Source: Bdellovibrionales bacterium
GTDB taxonomy: Bacteria > Bdellovibrionota > Bdellovibrionia > Bdellovibrionales > UBA1609
Assembly: GCA_965205945.1 (NCBI GenBank)
Contig: CBDBIB010000001.1
Span: 256,001-320,000, forward strand
Reading direction: 5' to 3'
Length of the DNA stretch: 64,000 nt
The notes under the pieces were generated by a model. That model saw only the letters and a list, made by a program, of their open reading frames with translations. It was not told where the DNA came from and ran no database searches. Positions within the stretch are counted from its first letter, which is position 1. Every line of letters starts with the position of its first letter. Below are positions 10,247 to 20,419 of this stretch, piece after piece. The translations under genes and the position numbers were made by a program.

Positions 10247-11775
10247 GTAAGCGCCCTAAAACCCTGACTTTTACCCACAAATCATAAGTTATTACCTGTT
10301 TTAATATCATTAAATTTTATCATCGCCCTCCACAGAACTTGTTGGCCTGGAGGTGGGCCAGAGTTCCTTGCTAAATAACCTCCTAGTCTTGCAAACGATT
10401 TTACAAATTTTGCCAAGCTATCATTTGCTCCTAATAACCTGCCTGACTGCTCTTCTAATTTTGATAACAAAACTTGTTCCTCTTTTGTAAAACAGTGATC
10501 TGCATTTACTTCGCAATCAACTCTAGAAATCCTTGAAATCCAAAATATTCGCCAAGCTAAAACACTCCTAAACGCTACATACTTTTTGATCCTCTCTAAA
10601 CTCCTTAAACGACTTTTCTCTACACTAAAACCTGATTTTAACGCCTTAAAATACACTTTTATATTCCAACGAAGTTTATACCAGTTCACTTTCTCTATAG
10701 CCTCTTCAAAATTTGTTATTGGGATATTTGTTAAGAGTTTCTAATCAACTTGATCCTCTCGCTTAGGGCCATCTTCTTTTGCAGATACAACATAGACCTC
10801 AACGGGGGGATAATCTTTACTCCTATGTGGAGAAGGCAGGACTGTAACTTTATAGAAGCGAATCTTTACTTTCGCAGTTCTTGCCTCTCTTTTATGAGTC
10901 TTAGGCAGATTGAGATTGTAACTGCCTACAGGAGCTGTTTTCGGGATATTATCATAAATCTTTATTTTCTTCTTTGATGTACACCTATCATGAACTCCAC
11001 GAATTAAAAAGTTTGTACCAAAACTAATACAATTAAAAAATAACTCATACATATCCCCGCACCTCGGTCACAAATGTGCACTTGCTTTTCAGCTTGAAAT
11101 TCAGCAACAACTAAGTTCACCCCCCTCAATCCAACTAAAACTTTCTTTTTCTTGAACAGGGACTCTGGTAAAGTTCTTTCCAGCTTTTCTTATTTTTCTT
11201 CTGTTTTTAGAATCACGAGACCACATTTTTTGATTCACTAAACCTAAAGGAACTCCCGTTTTACTTAATAGAGCAAGAGATGAATGTATCATTAAACCTG
11301 GTGTATCGTACTCTTTACCATTTCGATGATCTATGTAGGACCCTAAGTATCCTGCGTTGCCTTAAAAGACTTTATTTTTTGAGAAAGTTATTTCACTTAA
11401 GTCATGTAAAATTAAAGACATATCATTTTCATCTAGAGCATTCATTCTGTTGAGCGTTTGTTTTATGTGAGGTTTGAGAATTTCTTCAGCCTGAAAGTTG
11501 TCATTATCAAAGAATCTATAAGCCGCCTTAGAAGATTTCCAATCTTGGCATGAAAAAGAGATAGACTCACCATTATTTTTACTCAAAGCCTCAGCAAGGT
11601 ATTCAAGTCTGTGGTTAAGTCGTTTATCACCAAGTTGAGCATTTTTAAATTCATTTTTAATATTTACAAAAACTCCAATTCTTAAAATCAATTTGGAGTT
11701 TAATATTATTTTGATTTTAAAATTATAAAACCTAGACCTATTTGTGGGTAAAAGTCAGGGTTTTAGGGCGCTTAC
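10247..11775 (-). mobile_element. IS4-family (IS50/Tn5-like) element, degraded, bounded by perfect 36-bp inverted repeats
   Basis: IRs at 10247-10282 and 11740-11775; the inner 19 bp CTGACTTTTACCCACAAAT resemble the IS50 outside end. Confidence 0.85.
10282..11691 (-). pseudogene. IS50/Tn5-type transposase in at least four fragments
   Basis: LGDKRLNHRL...KAAYRFFDN; WYKLRWNIKVYFKALKSG (YREK-like, E replaced by K); ARLGGYLARNSGPPPG; several stops and frameshifts. Confidence 0.88.
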
Positions 11776-11789
11776 ATTTAAAAGCACTT

Positions 11790-12086
11790 TTTCAAAAGTA
11801 AATAGGCATTGCCGTTACAGAGGTATTGAAAAAGTAGAGTTCCAGGCTTTGATGGAGGCTGCAGTTTAAAGCTTAAAATGGGTCATCAGGATAGGTTTGT
11901 CTAATTTAAGTTTTTAGAGGAAGTTTATAAAAAAAGAGTCTTCAAAACCCGGTTTTGAGAGCCTGTAAATTAAATTGTAAATATAGCGTTTGAAAAAAGC
12001 TGTGTTGAATGTCTACTAAGACTGTTCGATTTTAAGTCCGCTTAAGCTGCGTTGGAAAAATTTGTACTCGCTTTTGTGACAGTCTC
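11790..12086 (+). mobile_element. 3' fragment of an IS5/IS1182-like element
   Basis: Translates RHCRYRGIEKVEFQALMEAAV*SLK (transposase C-terminal RYRG motif); ends in TTTTGTGACAGTCTC. Confidence 0.4.
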
Positions 12087-12204
12087 ATATAGGATCTAGA
12101 TTTTAAACCAAGTCAAACCTTAATAAAACGCTATACAACTTCTTAGTGTCGTAATGATGAGCTAATTTGGTCTCACAATAATACAATTTAAAGTTTAAAA
12201 TTTA

Positions 12205-12233
12205 TAAAAGTTTTCGGTAAATTATGCCGAAAG
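12205..12233 (+). promoter_or_regulatory. Putative FliA (sigma28) promoter
   Basis: TAAAAG-N15-GCCGAAAG ending 7 nt before ATG 12241. Confidence 0.6.
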
Positions 12234-12240
12234 GCTAGGT

Positions 12241-14970
12241 ATGAGTAAGGTTATACAATGCTTATTTATAATAGGTTTAGTTGGTTGCAATCAGGAAAGT
12301 AACGTAGAGTTTTCTTCTATTAATAACGTGTTAATTTTAAAAGGGAATATGACTCTTGACTTTGGTGAAGTTATTATTGGAGAGAGTAAAAGTCTTGATT
12401 ACGAAATAAGAAACCTTACAAATCTAAGTGTTGAACCTGGAAGCTTTAAACTTATGCCTGTTAAAATGCTTAACACTCAAAACTCCTCCCCTTTTAAATT
12501 AGAATTAGGTACTTGCACAGAGATCTTAAAAAAACTTAATAAGTGTTCTGTAAAGATAACCTATACACCTGAAAAAAAGGAGATCATTAATACTCGTTTA
12601 AAAATATTTTATAAATATAGCTCTGTTTTAAATTCAAACATTCTTATTGAGAGTGTGCATTCTAAAGGAATCGATTTAAACAGTTTAATTCCAACAATTG
12701 ACATAACAAACCCTGTAAATGAAACTTACATTAACCTTAATAACGAAAGTGCTTTTAGGGTTTTAGGAACATGTTCTGAAAATGGTGAGCTTATCACATT
12801 TTCACATGGTACAAGCTTTATTACTTGTTCTAATAAAAGCTTTAGTGGTGATATTGATTTTTCAAGCCTAAGTGATGGTCCACTTTCACTAACTGCTAGT
12901 ATCACAAACATTGCTGGAAATTCTAAAACTTCAGGTGTTTTAAATCTAATAAAAGATACTAAACCCCCTATTGTCAGTATTGGAAGCCATATAATAAGCA
13001 GTTCAAATTCTATAGACTTTCCCATAACTGTAAGCCAAGACTTTAGTAGTATAAACCTAGAAAAGAGCAATGTCAGCCTTACTGGAGCTACTACAGGTTG
13101 CACAGTTTTAGTAACAAATGGAACAACTATTAATCCAAGTATTAGGATTTCAGACTGCAGTGATGAAACCGGAAATATTCAAATTACAATCGCCTCTGGT
13201 GTTGCACAAGATGCAGCCGGAAACCTGTCTGATGTAGTTAGTTTAAGCACTGAAATACAAAATTTAGGAACCCCTTTTACAGCTAAATTTAGTATTTATG
13301 GTAGTGATTTAAATTTAAATCTTAGTTTAAGTTCTTCTTATACATATAACTTTATGGTTCATTGGGGGGATGGAACCTCGGGAGTTGTTACTTCATCAAG
13401 TGATTTAGATAAAAATCATACTTATTCATCTTCAGGGACTTATATAGTTAAAATCACTGGGCGCTGCCCATATCTTAACTTTCGTGATAGCGAGCAAATA
13501 ATTGAGGTTACAGAATTAGGAGACACAGGGTGGGAAAGTTTTAGTTATATGTTTTATAAAGCAGATAACTTAACTCTTGTTAATGGTGGCTCAACTAGAC
13601 ATGTTACTAGTATGAACTCTATGTTTTCTTATGCAGCTTTAGCTAACCCTGACACCTCTGACTGGGACACTTCTAAGGTTACTAGTATGAGCTCTATGTT
13701 TAATAATGCAGCTTTAGCTAACCCTGACACCTCTGACTGGGACACTTCTAAGGTTACTGATATGGGCTTGATGTTTTATGATGCAGATTTAGCTAACCCT
13801 GACACCTCTGACTGGGACACTTCTAAGGTTACTGATATGAGGTCTATGTTTTATAATGCAGATTTAGCTAACCCTGACACCTCTAACTGGGACACTTCTA
13901 AGGTTACTAGTATGAGCTCTATGTTTAATAGTGCAGCTTTAGCTAACCCTGACACCTCTGACTGGGACACTTCTAAGGTTACTGATATGGGCTTGATGTT
14001 TTATGATGCAGATTTAGCTAACCCTGACACCTCTGACTGGGACACTTCTAAGGTTACTAGTATGAGCTCTATGTTTTCTAATACAGCTTTAGCTAACCCT
14101 GACACCTCTAACTGGGACACTTCTAAGGTTACTAATATGAACGGGATGTTTTCTTATGCAGCTTTAGCTAACCCTGACACCTCTGACTGGGACACTTCTA
14201 AGGTTACTAGTATGAGCTCTATGTTTAATAATGCAGCTTTAGCTAACCCTGACACCTCTGACTGGGACACTTCTAAGGTTACTAGTATGGGCTTTATGTT
14301 TTCTAATACAGCTTTAGCTAACCCTGACACCTCTGACTGGGACACTTCTAAGGTTACTAGTATGGGCTTTATGTTTTCTAATACAGCTTTAGCTAACCCT
14401 GACACCTCTAACTGGGACACTTCTAAGGTTACTAGTATGAGCTGGATGTTTTTTAATGCAGATTTAGCTAACCCTGACACCTCTAACTGGGACACTTCTA
14501 AGGTTACTAATATGAGCTGGATGTTTTCTGATGCAGATTTAGCTAACCCTGACACCTCTAACTGGGACACTTCTAAGGTTACTAGTATGTATAAGATGTT
14601 TTCTAATGCAGCTTTAGCTAACCCTGACACCTCTAACTGGGACACTTCTAAGGTTACTAGTATGTATAAGATGTTTTCTAATGCAGCTTTAGCTAACCCT
14701 GACACCTCTGACTGGGACACTTCTAAGGTTACTAGTATGAGCTCTATGTTTAATAATGCAGATTTAGCTAACCCTGACACCTCTAACTGGGACACTTCTA
14801 AGGTTACTAGTATGTATAAGATGTTTAATAATGCAGCTTCTTTTGATCAAGACATCAGTTCATGGAATGTTTCTAACGTTCTCGATTGCGGCAGTTTTTC
14901 AGGCCGAACTTTAACTTCTTGGACTCGTGCTGAAAAACCTAATTTTACACGTTGTAGCCCTGGTTATTAA
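12241..14970 (+). CDS. Surface lipoprotein: lipobox, Ig-like and PKD domains, DUF285/BspA-like 25-aa repeat solenoid
   Basis: LVGC lipobox; VHWGDG...HTYSSSGTYIVKITG (PKD); (TxMxxMFxxxxLANPDTSxWDTSKV)n capped by FDQDISSWNVSNV. Confidence 0.88.
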   Translation: MSKVIQCLFIIGLVGCNQESNVEFSSINNVLILKGNMTLDFGEVIIGESKSLDYEIRNLTNLSVEPGSFKLMPVKMLNTQNSSPFKLELGTCTEILKKLNKCSVKITYTPEKKEIINTRLKIFYKYSSVLNSNILIESVHSKGIDLNSLIPTIDITNPVNETYINLNNESAFRVLGTCSENGELITFSHGTSFITCSNKSFSGDIDFSSLSDGPLSLTASITNIAGNSKTSGVLNLIKDTKPPIVSIGSHIISSSNSIDFPITVSQDFSSINLEKSNVSLTGATTGCTVLVTNGTTINPSIRISDCSDETGNIQITIASGVAQDAAGNLSDVVSLSTEIQNLGTPFTAKFSIYGSDLNLNLSLSSSYTYNFMVHWGDGTSGVVTSSSDLDKNHTYSSSGTYIVKITGRCPYLNFRDSEQIIEVTELGDTGWESFSYMFYKADNLTLVNGGSTRHVTSMNSMFSYAALANPDTSDWDTSKVTSMSSMFNNAALANPDTSDWDTSKVTDMGLMFYDADLANPDTSDWDTSKVTDMRSMFYNADLANPDTSNWDTSKVTSMSSMFNSAALANPDTSDWDTSKVTDMGLMFYDADLANPDTSDWDTSKVTSMSSMFSNTALANPDTSNWDTSKVTNMNGMFSYAALANPDTSDWDTSKVTSMSSMFNNAALANPDTSDWDTSKVTSMGFMFSNTALANPDTSDWDTSKVTSMGFMFSNTALANPDTSNWDTSKVTSMSWMFFNADLANPDTSNWDTSKVTNMSWMFSDADLANPDTSNWDTSKVTSMYKMFSNAALANPDTSNWDTSKVTSMYKMFSNAALANPDTSDWDTSKVTSMSSMFNNADLANPDTSNWDTSKVTSMYKMFNNAASFDQDISSWNVSNVLDCGSFSGRTLTSWTRAEKPNFTRCSPGY
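13606..14838 (+). repeat. 16 full plus 1 partial tandem 75-bp coding repeats
   Basis: Units start at 13606+75n; invariant core TTAGCTAACCCTGACACCTCT[G/A]ACTGGGACACTTCTAAGGTTACT. Confidence 0.97.
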
Positions 14971-15274
14971 TTTATTTTTTTTTGATGAATAGAAGAGCTT
15001 ACTTTAAGAGATCTGCTTTATGTAAGACAGTACCCTTTTTTAACAAGCTCACTAAAGGTTTTATGGCAATTAATTTTATTATTATAAATAACAATGAGGC
15101 TAAGAGTCTCTATAACGAATATTTCAATGCAAAGATTTGATTGTATAAGCGGATGTAGAAAAACAAAAAAATGAGGTGTTTAAAGATTTCCTAATTTCTA
15201 CAAATCTGTTGTAAGATAACCCGAATTCGGGCTTATTCAGGATCTAATATTAACACCAAGCGATTCTGTCGTAT

Positions 15275-16976
15275 TATAACTACAAAGGGAAACTGACGGT
15301 CATGCCGTATCATTAATCATCTAGTATTCTTTCTTGACTACTAAATGGAGGTGCAAAGGATGATGGTAATGAATACTCAAAAATCAATTAAAAATTGATA
15401 TTATTTCTAAGGTTTCAGAGGGAAAAATTAAAATTTGTGATGCTGTAAAACTTTTGAATAAATCCAGGAGAACTATAGAGAGGTATCTTCAAAAATATAA
15501 TAAAATTGGAATACAGTTTGCTATTCATAAAAATAAAAACTGCTCTCCAGTTAATAAAACTTCTGATAAGTTGAAAGTTAAGGTTCAGCAGTTAATTAAA
15601 AAGAAATATTACGATTTTAACTTAACTCACCTTAGTGAAAAACTTGTTGAAGATAAAAATATTCAGGTTAATAGAGAGACTTTAAGATGTTAGGCTCACG
15701 AAATTCACCATGTGAAAAAAGCAAAAAAAAGAAGACCTAAGGCGCGTAAAAAAAGAAATCGTATGGAGTCTCCAGGGCTTTTATTGCAGATGGATGGAAG
15801 TCTTCACCGCTGGTTTGGCCATTCAAAGTCGTGTTTAATAGCCATTATTGATGATGCTAATAGTGAAGTTCATGCTGAGTTTTTTAATTCTGAAACGATA
15901 CTGAGCTGTATGAAAGTTTTAAAAGATCTTATTAAAAAAAGAGGCGTTTTTAAGGCCTTATATGTTGATCGTGCTGGTATTTTTGGTGGGCCTAAAAGAT
16001 GTCATTTTTCTAAAAGTGCAAAGAGCTTGTGGTGAGTTAGGTATTGAAATTGTTTTTGCTAATTCTCCAGAAGGAAAAGGACGAATTGAAAGGTCTTTTG
16101 ACACTTTCCAGGATCGGCTTGTTCCGGAGCTTAGGATAAATAAAATAACAACTATGGATGAAGCTAATAAGTATTTAAAAAATGAATTCATTCCTCAGTA
16201 TTGGACAAAATCTATCATGGTTTAGCCTGAAAATTTAACCTCTGAATATTTACCAGTTCCACTCAATAAAAATTTAGATAATATTTTTCTTACTAAAGAA
16301 TATCGAAAAATCAGTTCTGATCACACATTTAGCTATGGTAATAAATTTTACTTAATCAACTCTAAATTAAAGCATTCCATTGCTAGGCAAGAAATTGAAA
16401 TTCGTACAGAAGTAGCTGGGAAGTTTAAGGCCTATTTTTCTCATAAAGAGTTGTCTATTTCAGAGGTTGTAGAACCCACTAGGCTCTCTATGCTTGACCT
16501 TGAAATCCAAAAGAACTAGAGATGTATTGGAATTAGCCGATTCTCTACAGAGCGTCTCTGAGGCCTCTAGGATTACTGGTGTTTCAAGGCAAACTATTCA
16601 TAAAAATAGAAAAATTCTTAAAGAAAAAGGACCTGAGGCGTTGAAGCGAACTTTTAATAAAAATCATTACCATAAAAATAAGGCTAACAAAGACTTGGAA
16701 GCTACAGTATAGAGTTTTCTCTAAAAAACCCACACCTTGGTCAACAGCAAGTAGCCCTACAGTTAAATGAGGCTTATAAGACTGACATTAGCGCATCTGG
16801 TGTAAGACTTATTTGGCAAAGACATAAAATGCAAACCATAGCTCTAAGAATTATGAAGACTGAGAAAACTAGGCAAAAAGAGGTGGCTTAAAATTAAATT
16901 TTATGATTTTTTATAACGCACCGATACCGACAAAGTCACTTTATAATTAAACCGTCAGTTTCCCTCTGTAATGACA
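15275..16976 (+). mobile_element. IS1202-like (ISNCY) insertion sequence, inactivated
   Basis: 26-bp imperfect IRs TATAACTACAAAGGGAAACTGACGGT and ACCGTCAGTTTCCCTCTGTAATGACA. Confidence 0.8.
15360..16891 (+). pseudogene. IS1202/ISNCY-type DDE transposase with extra C-terminal HTH; multiple stops and frameshifts
   Basis: LLQMDGSLHRWF, IAIIDDA, ALYVDRAGIF, ANSPEGKGRIERSFDTFQDRL; C-terminal SVSEASRITGVSRQT. Confidence 0.85.
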
Positions 16977-17003
16977 CTATTACATATCTTTTAAAAATTA
17001 TCG

Positions 17004-18554
17004 TTATTTAGCAATTTTTCTTTTTTCAAGCTGATACTTATCTACTTTCATAATTAAACCAGCTCTGCTTATGCCAAGTTCTTTTGCAAGCCTAGATTTA
17101 TTCCATCCAGTTCTTCTAAGCCCTTCATAAATCATTTTTCTTTCCAAATCTTGTAAGGCATCCTTTAGTTTTCCATGAATACGAGCTCCTTGTATATTAG
17201 GGTTGTTTCCAGATTCTAGTATTTTTCCAGAAAGCATATTATGTGTAATTTTTTGCTCAGCCCCACTTAAAACAACTAATCTCTCAACTTCATTTTTAAG
17301 TTCACGAACGTTACCTGGCCAAGTATAGTCGTAAAGCTTTTCTAGAGCACTTTTTGTAATAATTTTTTTACCACCATCTTTTTTATTAACTTCATTCATA
17401 AAATTTTCTGTTAATAATGGAATATCTTCTTTTCGATCTTTTAATGAAGGAACTTTAATATTAATGACGTTTAATCTATAATATAAATCTTCTCTAAAAG
17501 TTCCATCTTCAACCATTTTTTTAAGATCTTTGTTTGTTGCAGCAAGAATTCTTACATTTACTTTTTTTTCTACAGTAGCTCCCACAGGAGTAAAAGTTCC
17601 TTCTTGTAATACACGCAAAAGCTTCACCTGCATTTGTACAGAAGTGTCTCCAATTTCATCTAAGAAAAAAGTTCCTTTATGTGCCATTTCAAAAAGACCC
17701 TTTTTATCTTTCACAGCTCCTGTGAAAGAACCTTTTGCATGACCAAAAAACTCAGATTCTAGCAAATTGTCATTAAATGCAGAGCAGTTTTGAGTGATTA
17801 AGGGTCCATTTTTTCTTGGTGAATTGTAATGAATAGACTTCGCAATAAGCTCCTTACCTGTTCCGTTACTTCCACTAATCAATACAGTTGCCTCAGACTG
17901 CTTAATCTTATCTAAAAGATTATAAAGTTGTTGCATAGGTTTAGATTTACCAATCATTGCATCATAATTATAGCGATTACCAAGTTCTTTATTTAGCTCC
18001 TTAATCCTATTTTCACGACTAGTAATTTCTAAATGAAGAGTAATGATTTCTTGGCCAACAAGTTCAACTAGTTCAATAAAATGTTCACGCTCTTGATTAT
18101 TAACATAAGTAACTTTAGACACTGAATCTTGAATCATTTCATTAGAAAAATTTAAAGCACCTAGTTTTTCTCTAATCTGAACAAGAGATTCCTTAGCATT
18201 ATCTTTTAAAAACCCAAAAGCAACAACAGTTCCCATAAAATCATTTTCTATAATAATTGGAAAAACAATAAGATCAAACCCAATGGTCTCCCATTTTTTA
18301 GCACTATATTTACTGTCAGTTAGCTTTAAATCATCAATACACTTTAAAACGACCTCTTTAAAAGAATGAGTTAGACTTTCATTTTGAAAAAGACTTGGAG
18401 TAATAGGATTATATGACGTAATTTTTTTAAAATCAGAAGAAATTGGATTTCCAGATTCATTTGTAAAAAAAATATCAACATTCCACCAAGAACCAATAAT
18501 ACTCTTTAGTTTTTTAATTACATGTATGTGTTCAAACTCATCCCATTTTATCAT
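17004..18554 (-). CDS. Sigma54-dependent activator with PocR-like N-terminal sensor, AAA+ domain and Fis HTH
   Basis: GSNGTGKE, GSFTGA, FLDEIG, FREDLYYRLNV, WPGNVRELKN, NKSRLAKELGISR. Confidence 0.9.
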   Translation of the reverse strand: MIKWDEFEHIHVIKKLKSIIGSWWNVDIFFTNESGNPISSDFKKITSYNPITPSLFQNESLTHSFKEVVLKCIDDLKLTDSKYSAKKWETIGFDLIVFPIIIENDFMGTVVAFGFLKDNAKESLVQIREKLGALNFSNEMIQDSVSKVTYVNNQEREHFIELVELVGQEIITLHLEITSRENRIKELNKELGNRYNYDAMIGKSKPMQQLYNLLDKIKQSEATVLISGSNGTGKELIAKSIHYNSPRKNGPLITQNCSAFNDNLLESEFFGHAKGSFTGAVKDKKGLFEMAHKGTFFLDEIGDTSVQMQVKLLRVLQEGTFTPVGATVEKKVNVRILAATNKDLKKMVEDGTFREDLYYRLNVINIKVPSLKDRKEDIPLLTENFMNEVNKKDGGKKIITKSALEKLYDYTWPGNVRELKNEVERLVVLSGAEQKITHNMLSGKILESGNNPNIQGARIHGKLKDALQDLERKMIYEGLRRTGWNKSRLAKELGISRAGLIMKVDKYQLEKRKIAK

Positions 18555-18590
18555 TACAAAATTCCTCCATTATATTTATATATAGAGGCT

Positions 18591-18617
18591 TTATCGTTAA
18601 ATTTTTTAAAAACTTTA
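18591..18617 (-). promoter_or_regulatory. Putative FliA (sigma28) promoter
   Basis: Minus strand TAAA-N15-AACGATAA. Confidence 0.55.
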
Positions 18618-18649
18618 TGGATTTGTAAAAAGTCTAGACACTTTCAAGC

Positions 18650-20419
18650 CTAAGATCTAATACCATATAAACAACTATAAAGCTTTTTATTATTAAGGAG
18701 TTTTAAGTGTGTTCCAGATTCAATTATTTGGCCATCCTTTAAAACAAGAATAATATCAGCATTCTTCACGGTAGAAAGTCTATGAGCTATAACAAAGCAA
18801 GTGCGCCCTTCTTTTAAAGAATCGAGTCCTTTTTGGACCTCTTTTTCACTTTGTGTATCAAGAGCGCTTGTGGCTTCATCAAGTAGTAAAATAGGAGCAT
18901 TTTTAATAAGCGCTCTAGCAATACTAATACGTTGGCGCTCGCCCCCTGAAAAACGAGAGCCTGCCTCACCTACTTGTGTATGTATACTGTTTGGAAGGTT
19001 TAAAATAAAATGAGCATTTGAAAGCTTTAAGGCTTTAATAGCCTCCTCTTCTGTAAGATTATTTTTTGCATATTTAAGATTTTTAAAAACACTAGTGTTA
19101 AATAAAAACGGATCTTGTGAAACTAATGAAATATGATCTCTTAGAGAAATACTATTTATTTCAGATATTGGAGTATCGTTAAAAAGTATAGTTCCAGAGC
19201 TTGGAGTTATGTAACTGTCTATACAATTTAAAAGAGTAGATTTTCCAGCGCCACTTGGTCCAACAAGAGCGATAGTTTTTTTGGAAAAAGTTTTAAAGTT
19301 AATACTTTTCAAAATATTTTTTGACCCAATGGAAATATTTAAATTTTTAAATTCAATAGAGTTTAAAAAATCTGGGAAATCTTTTAAACCCATAAAATAT
19401 TTTGTATTCTCATGTTGGCTAATAATCTTTTGAATACGAACTTTTGCCACTAAAGCTTGTTGAATACGAATAAACGCAGTCTGTGTTTTTTTTGAAGCAT
19501 CAGTTAAGAATCCAACAGCTGCAGAAATCCCTAAAAAATCTCCAAAATTTAAACCCTCACTATCAACAAGGTATGCAACTAATATAAAGGATCCGCAAAA
19601 AACAATAGATGAAAAAGACTCTGTAATAGGACCTGATAGTTCTTCACGAGTAATAATTTTTTTTATAGTATGTAAATACTTTTGAGTCAGAGCACTAAAT
19701 TTTTTAAGAATGTTTTTTTCAAGGTTAAAAGAATGAATAATTCGTGCACCATCTAGTCCCTCTTTTAGAGTCATTGTAACAGTTTCCATGGTTTCCTGGC
19801 TTTGAAGGCTATGTTTTCTAAGACTTTTTGCAAGACGTTTTATAACAATTAAAATAGGTGGAAGAGCAATTAGTAAGAAAAAAGCCACCTTCCAGTTAAT
19901 TATAAAAAGCCAAGCAATGGAGAAAAGTATTAAAAAAGGCTCCTTTAATAAATCAGCAAGTTTTTTAATGCCCTCTTGATAAATCATAACATCATTTAAA
20001 ATTCTACTAATAAGTCCACCAGAGCCATCACTCAAAGAATTTTTAAATTTTGTGTCTAAAGAAAGGTAATGAGCCATGAGCTGCTCTCTGGTGTTAACAG
20101 CCTTAGTCTCTGCTAAGGTACGGATATTATACATAAAAATATATCTAAATATATTTGCAATAATAAAAGAAAGACATAAGAGCGAAACTGAAAAATATAA
20201 CGGATCCCAGTTGTATTTAGTGTGCAGAGCAAATATGCTTAAATCAGGTAAGTCTTTAATAGGAGCGCTTGAGGTTTTAAATATCAAATTTCCAAGAACT
20301 TGGATTAAACCTGTAGCACTAGCTTTAAAAGCACTTGAAAGAGCACCACATAAAATAATTAAGAACATAATTTTTTTATGTTTTTTTAAATCTGCAAACA
20401 TGCTTAGAATGGAGTTCAA
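18650..20419 (-). CDS. MsbA-like ABC exporter (permease plus ATPase)
   Basis: TM domain, GPSGAGKST, FSGGERQR, LLLDEATSALD, IAHRLST. Confidence 0.9.
   Translation of the reverse strand: MNSILSMFADLKKHKKIMFLIILCGALSSAFKASATGLIQVLGNLIFKTSSAPIKDLPDLSIFALHTKYNWDPLYFSVSLLCLSFIIANIFRYIFMYNIRTLAETKAVNTREQLMAHYLSLDTKFKNSLSDGSGGLISRILNDVMIYQEGIKKLADLLKEPFLILFSIAWLFIINWKVAFFLLIALPPILIVIKRLAKSLRKHSLQSQETMETVTMTLKEGLDGARIIHSFNLEKNILKKFSALTQKYLHTIKKIITREELSGPITESFSSIVFCGSFILVAYLVDSEGLNFGDFLGISAAVGFLTDASKKTQTAFIRIQQALVAKVRIQKIISQHENTKYFMGLKDFPDFLNSIEFKNLNISIGSKNILKSINFKTFSKKTIALVGPSGAGKSTLLNCIDSYITPSSGTILFNDTPISEINSISLRDHISLVSQDPFLFNTSVFKNLKYAKNNLTEEEAIKALKLSNAHFILNLPNSIHTQVGEAGSRFSGGERQRISIARALIKNAPILLLDEATSALDTQSEKEVQKGLDSLKEGRTCFVIAHRLSTVKNADIILVLKDGQIIESGTHLKLLNNKKLYSCLYGIRS

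Noticed and set aside
14154..14795. 213-aa antisense repetitive ORF
   Set aside because: Shadow of the 75-bp coding repeats.
13606..14838. CRISPR-like alternation of ~45-nt constant and ~30-nt variable segments
   Set aside because: The period is exactly 25 codons inside an open ORF, the variable segments share a fixed ATG..ATGTTT frame and recur, and no cas genes are present.
15216..15238. Palindrome CCCGAATTCGGG as a possible IS end
   Set aside because: No partner end or transposase remnant could be supported.
15242..15274. Xer/dif-like site next to the IS1202-like element
   Set aside because: One arm loosely resembles a XerD site (ATCTAATATTA), but the other arm has no XerC resemblance.
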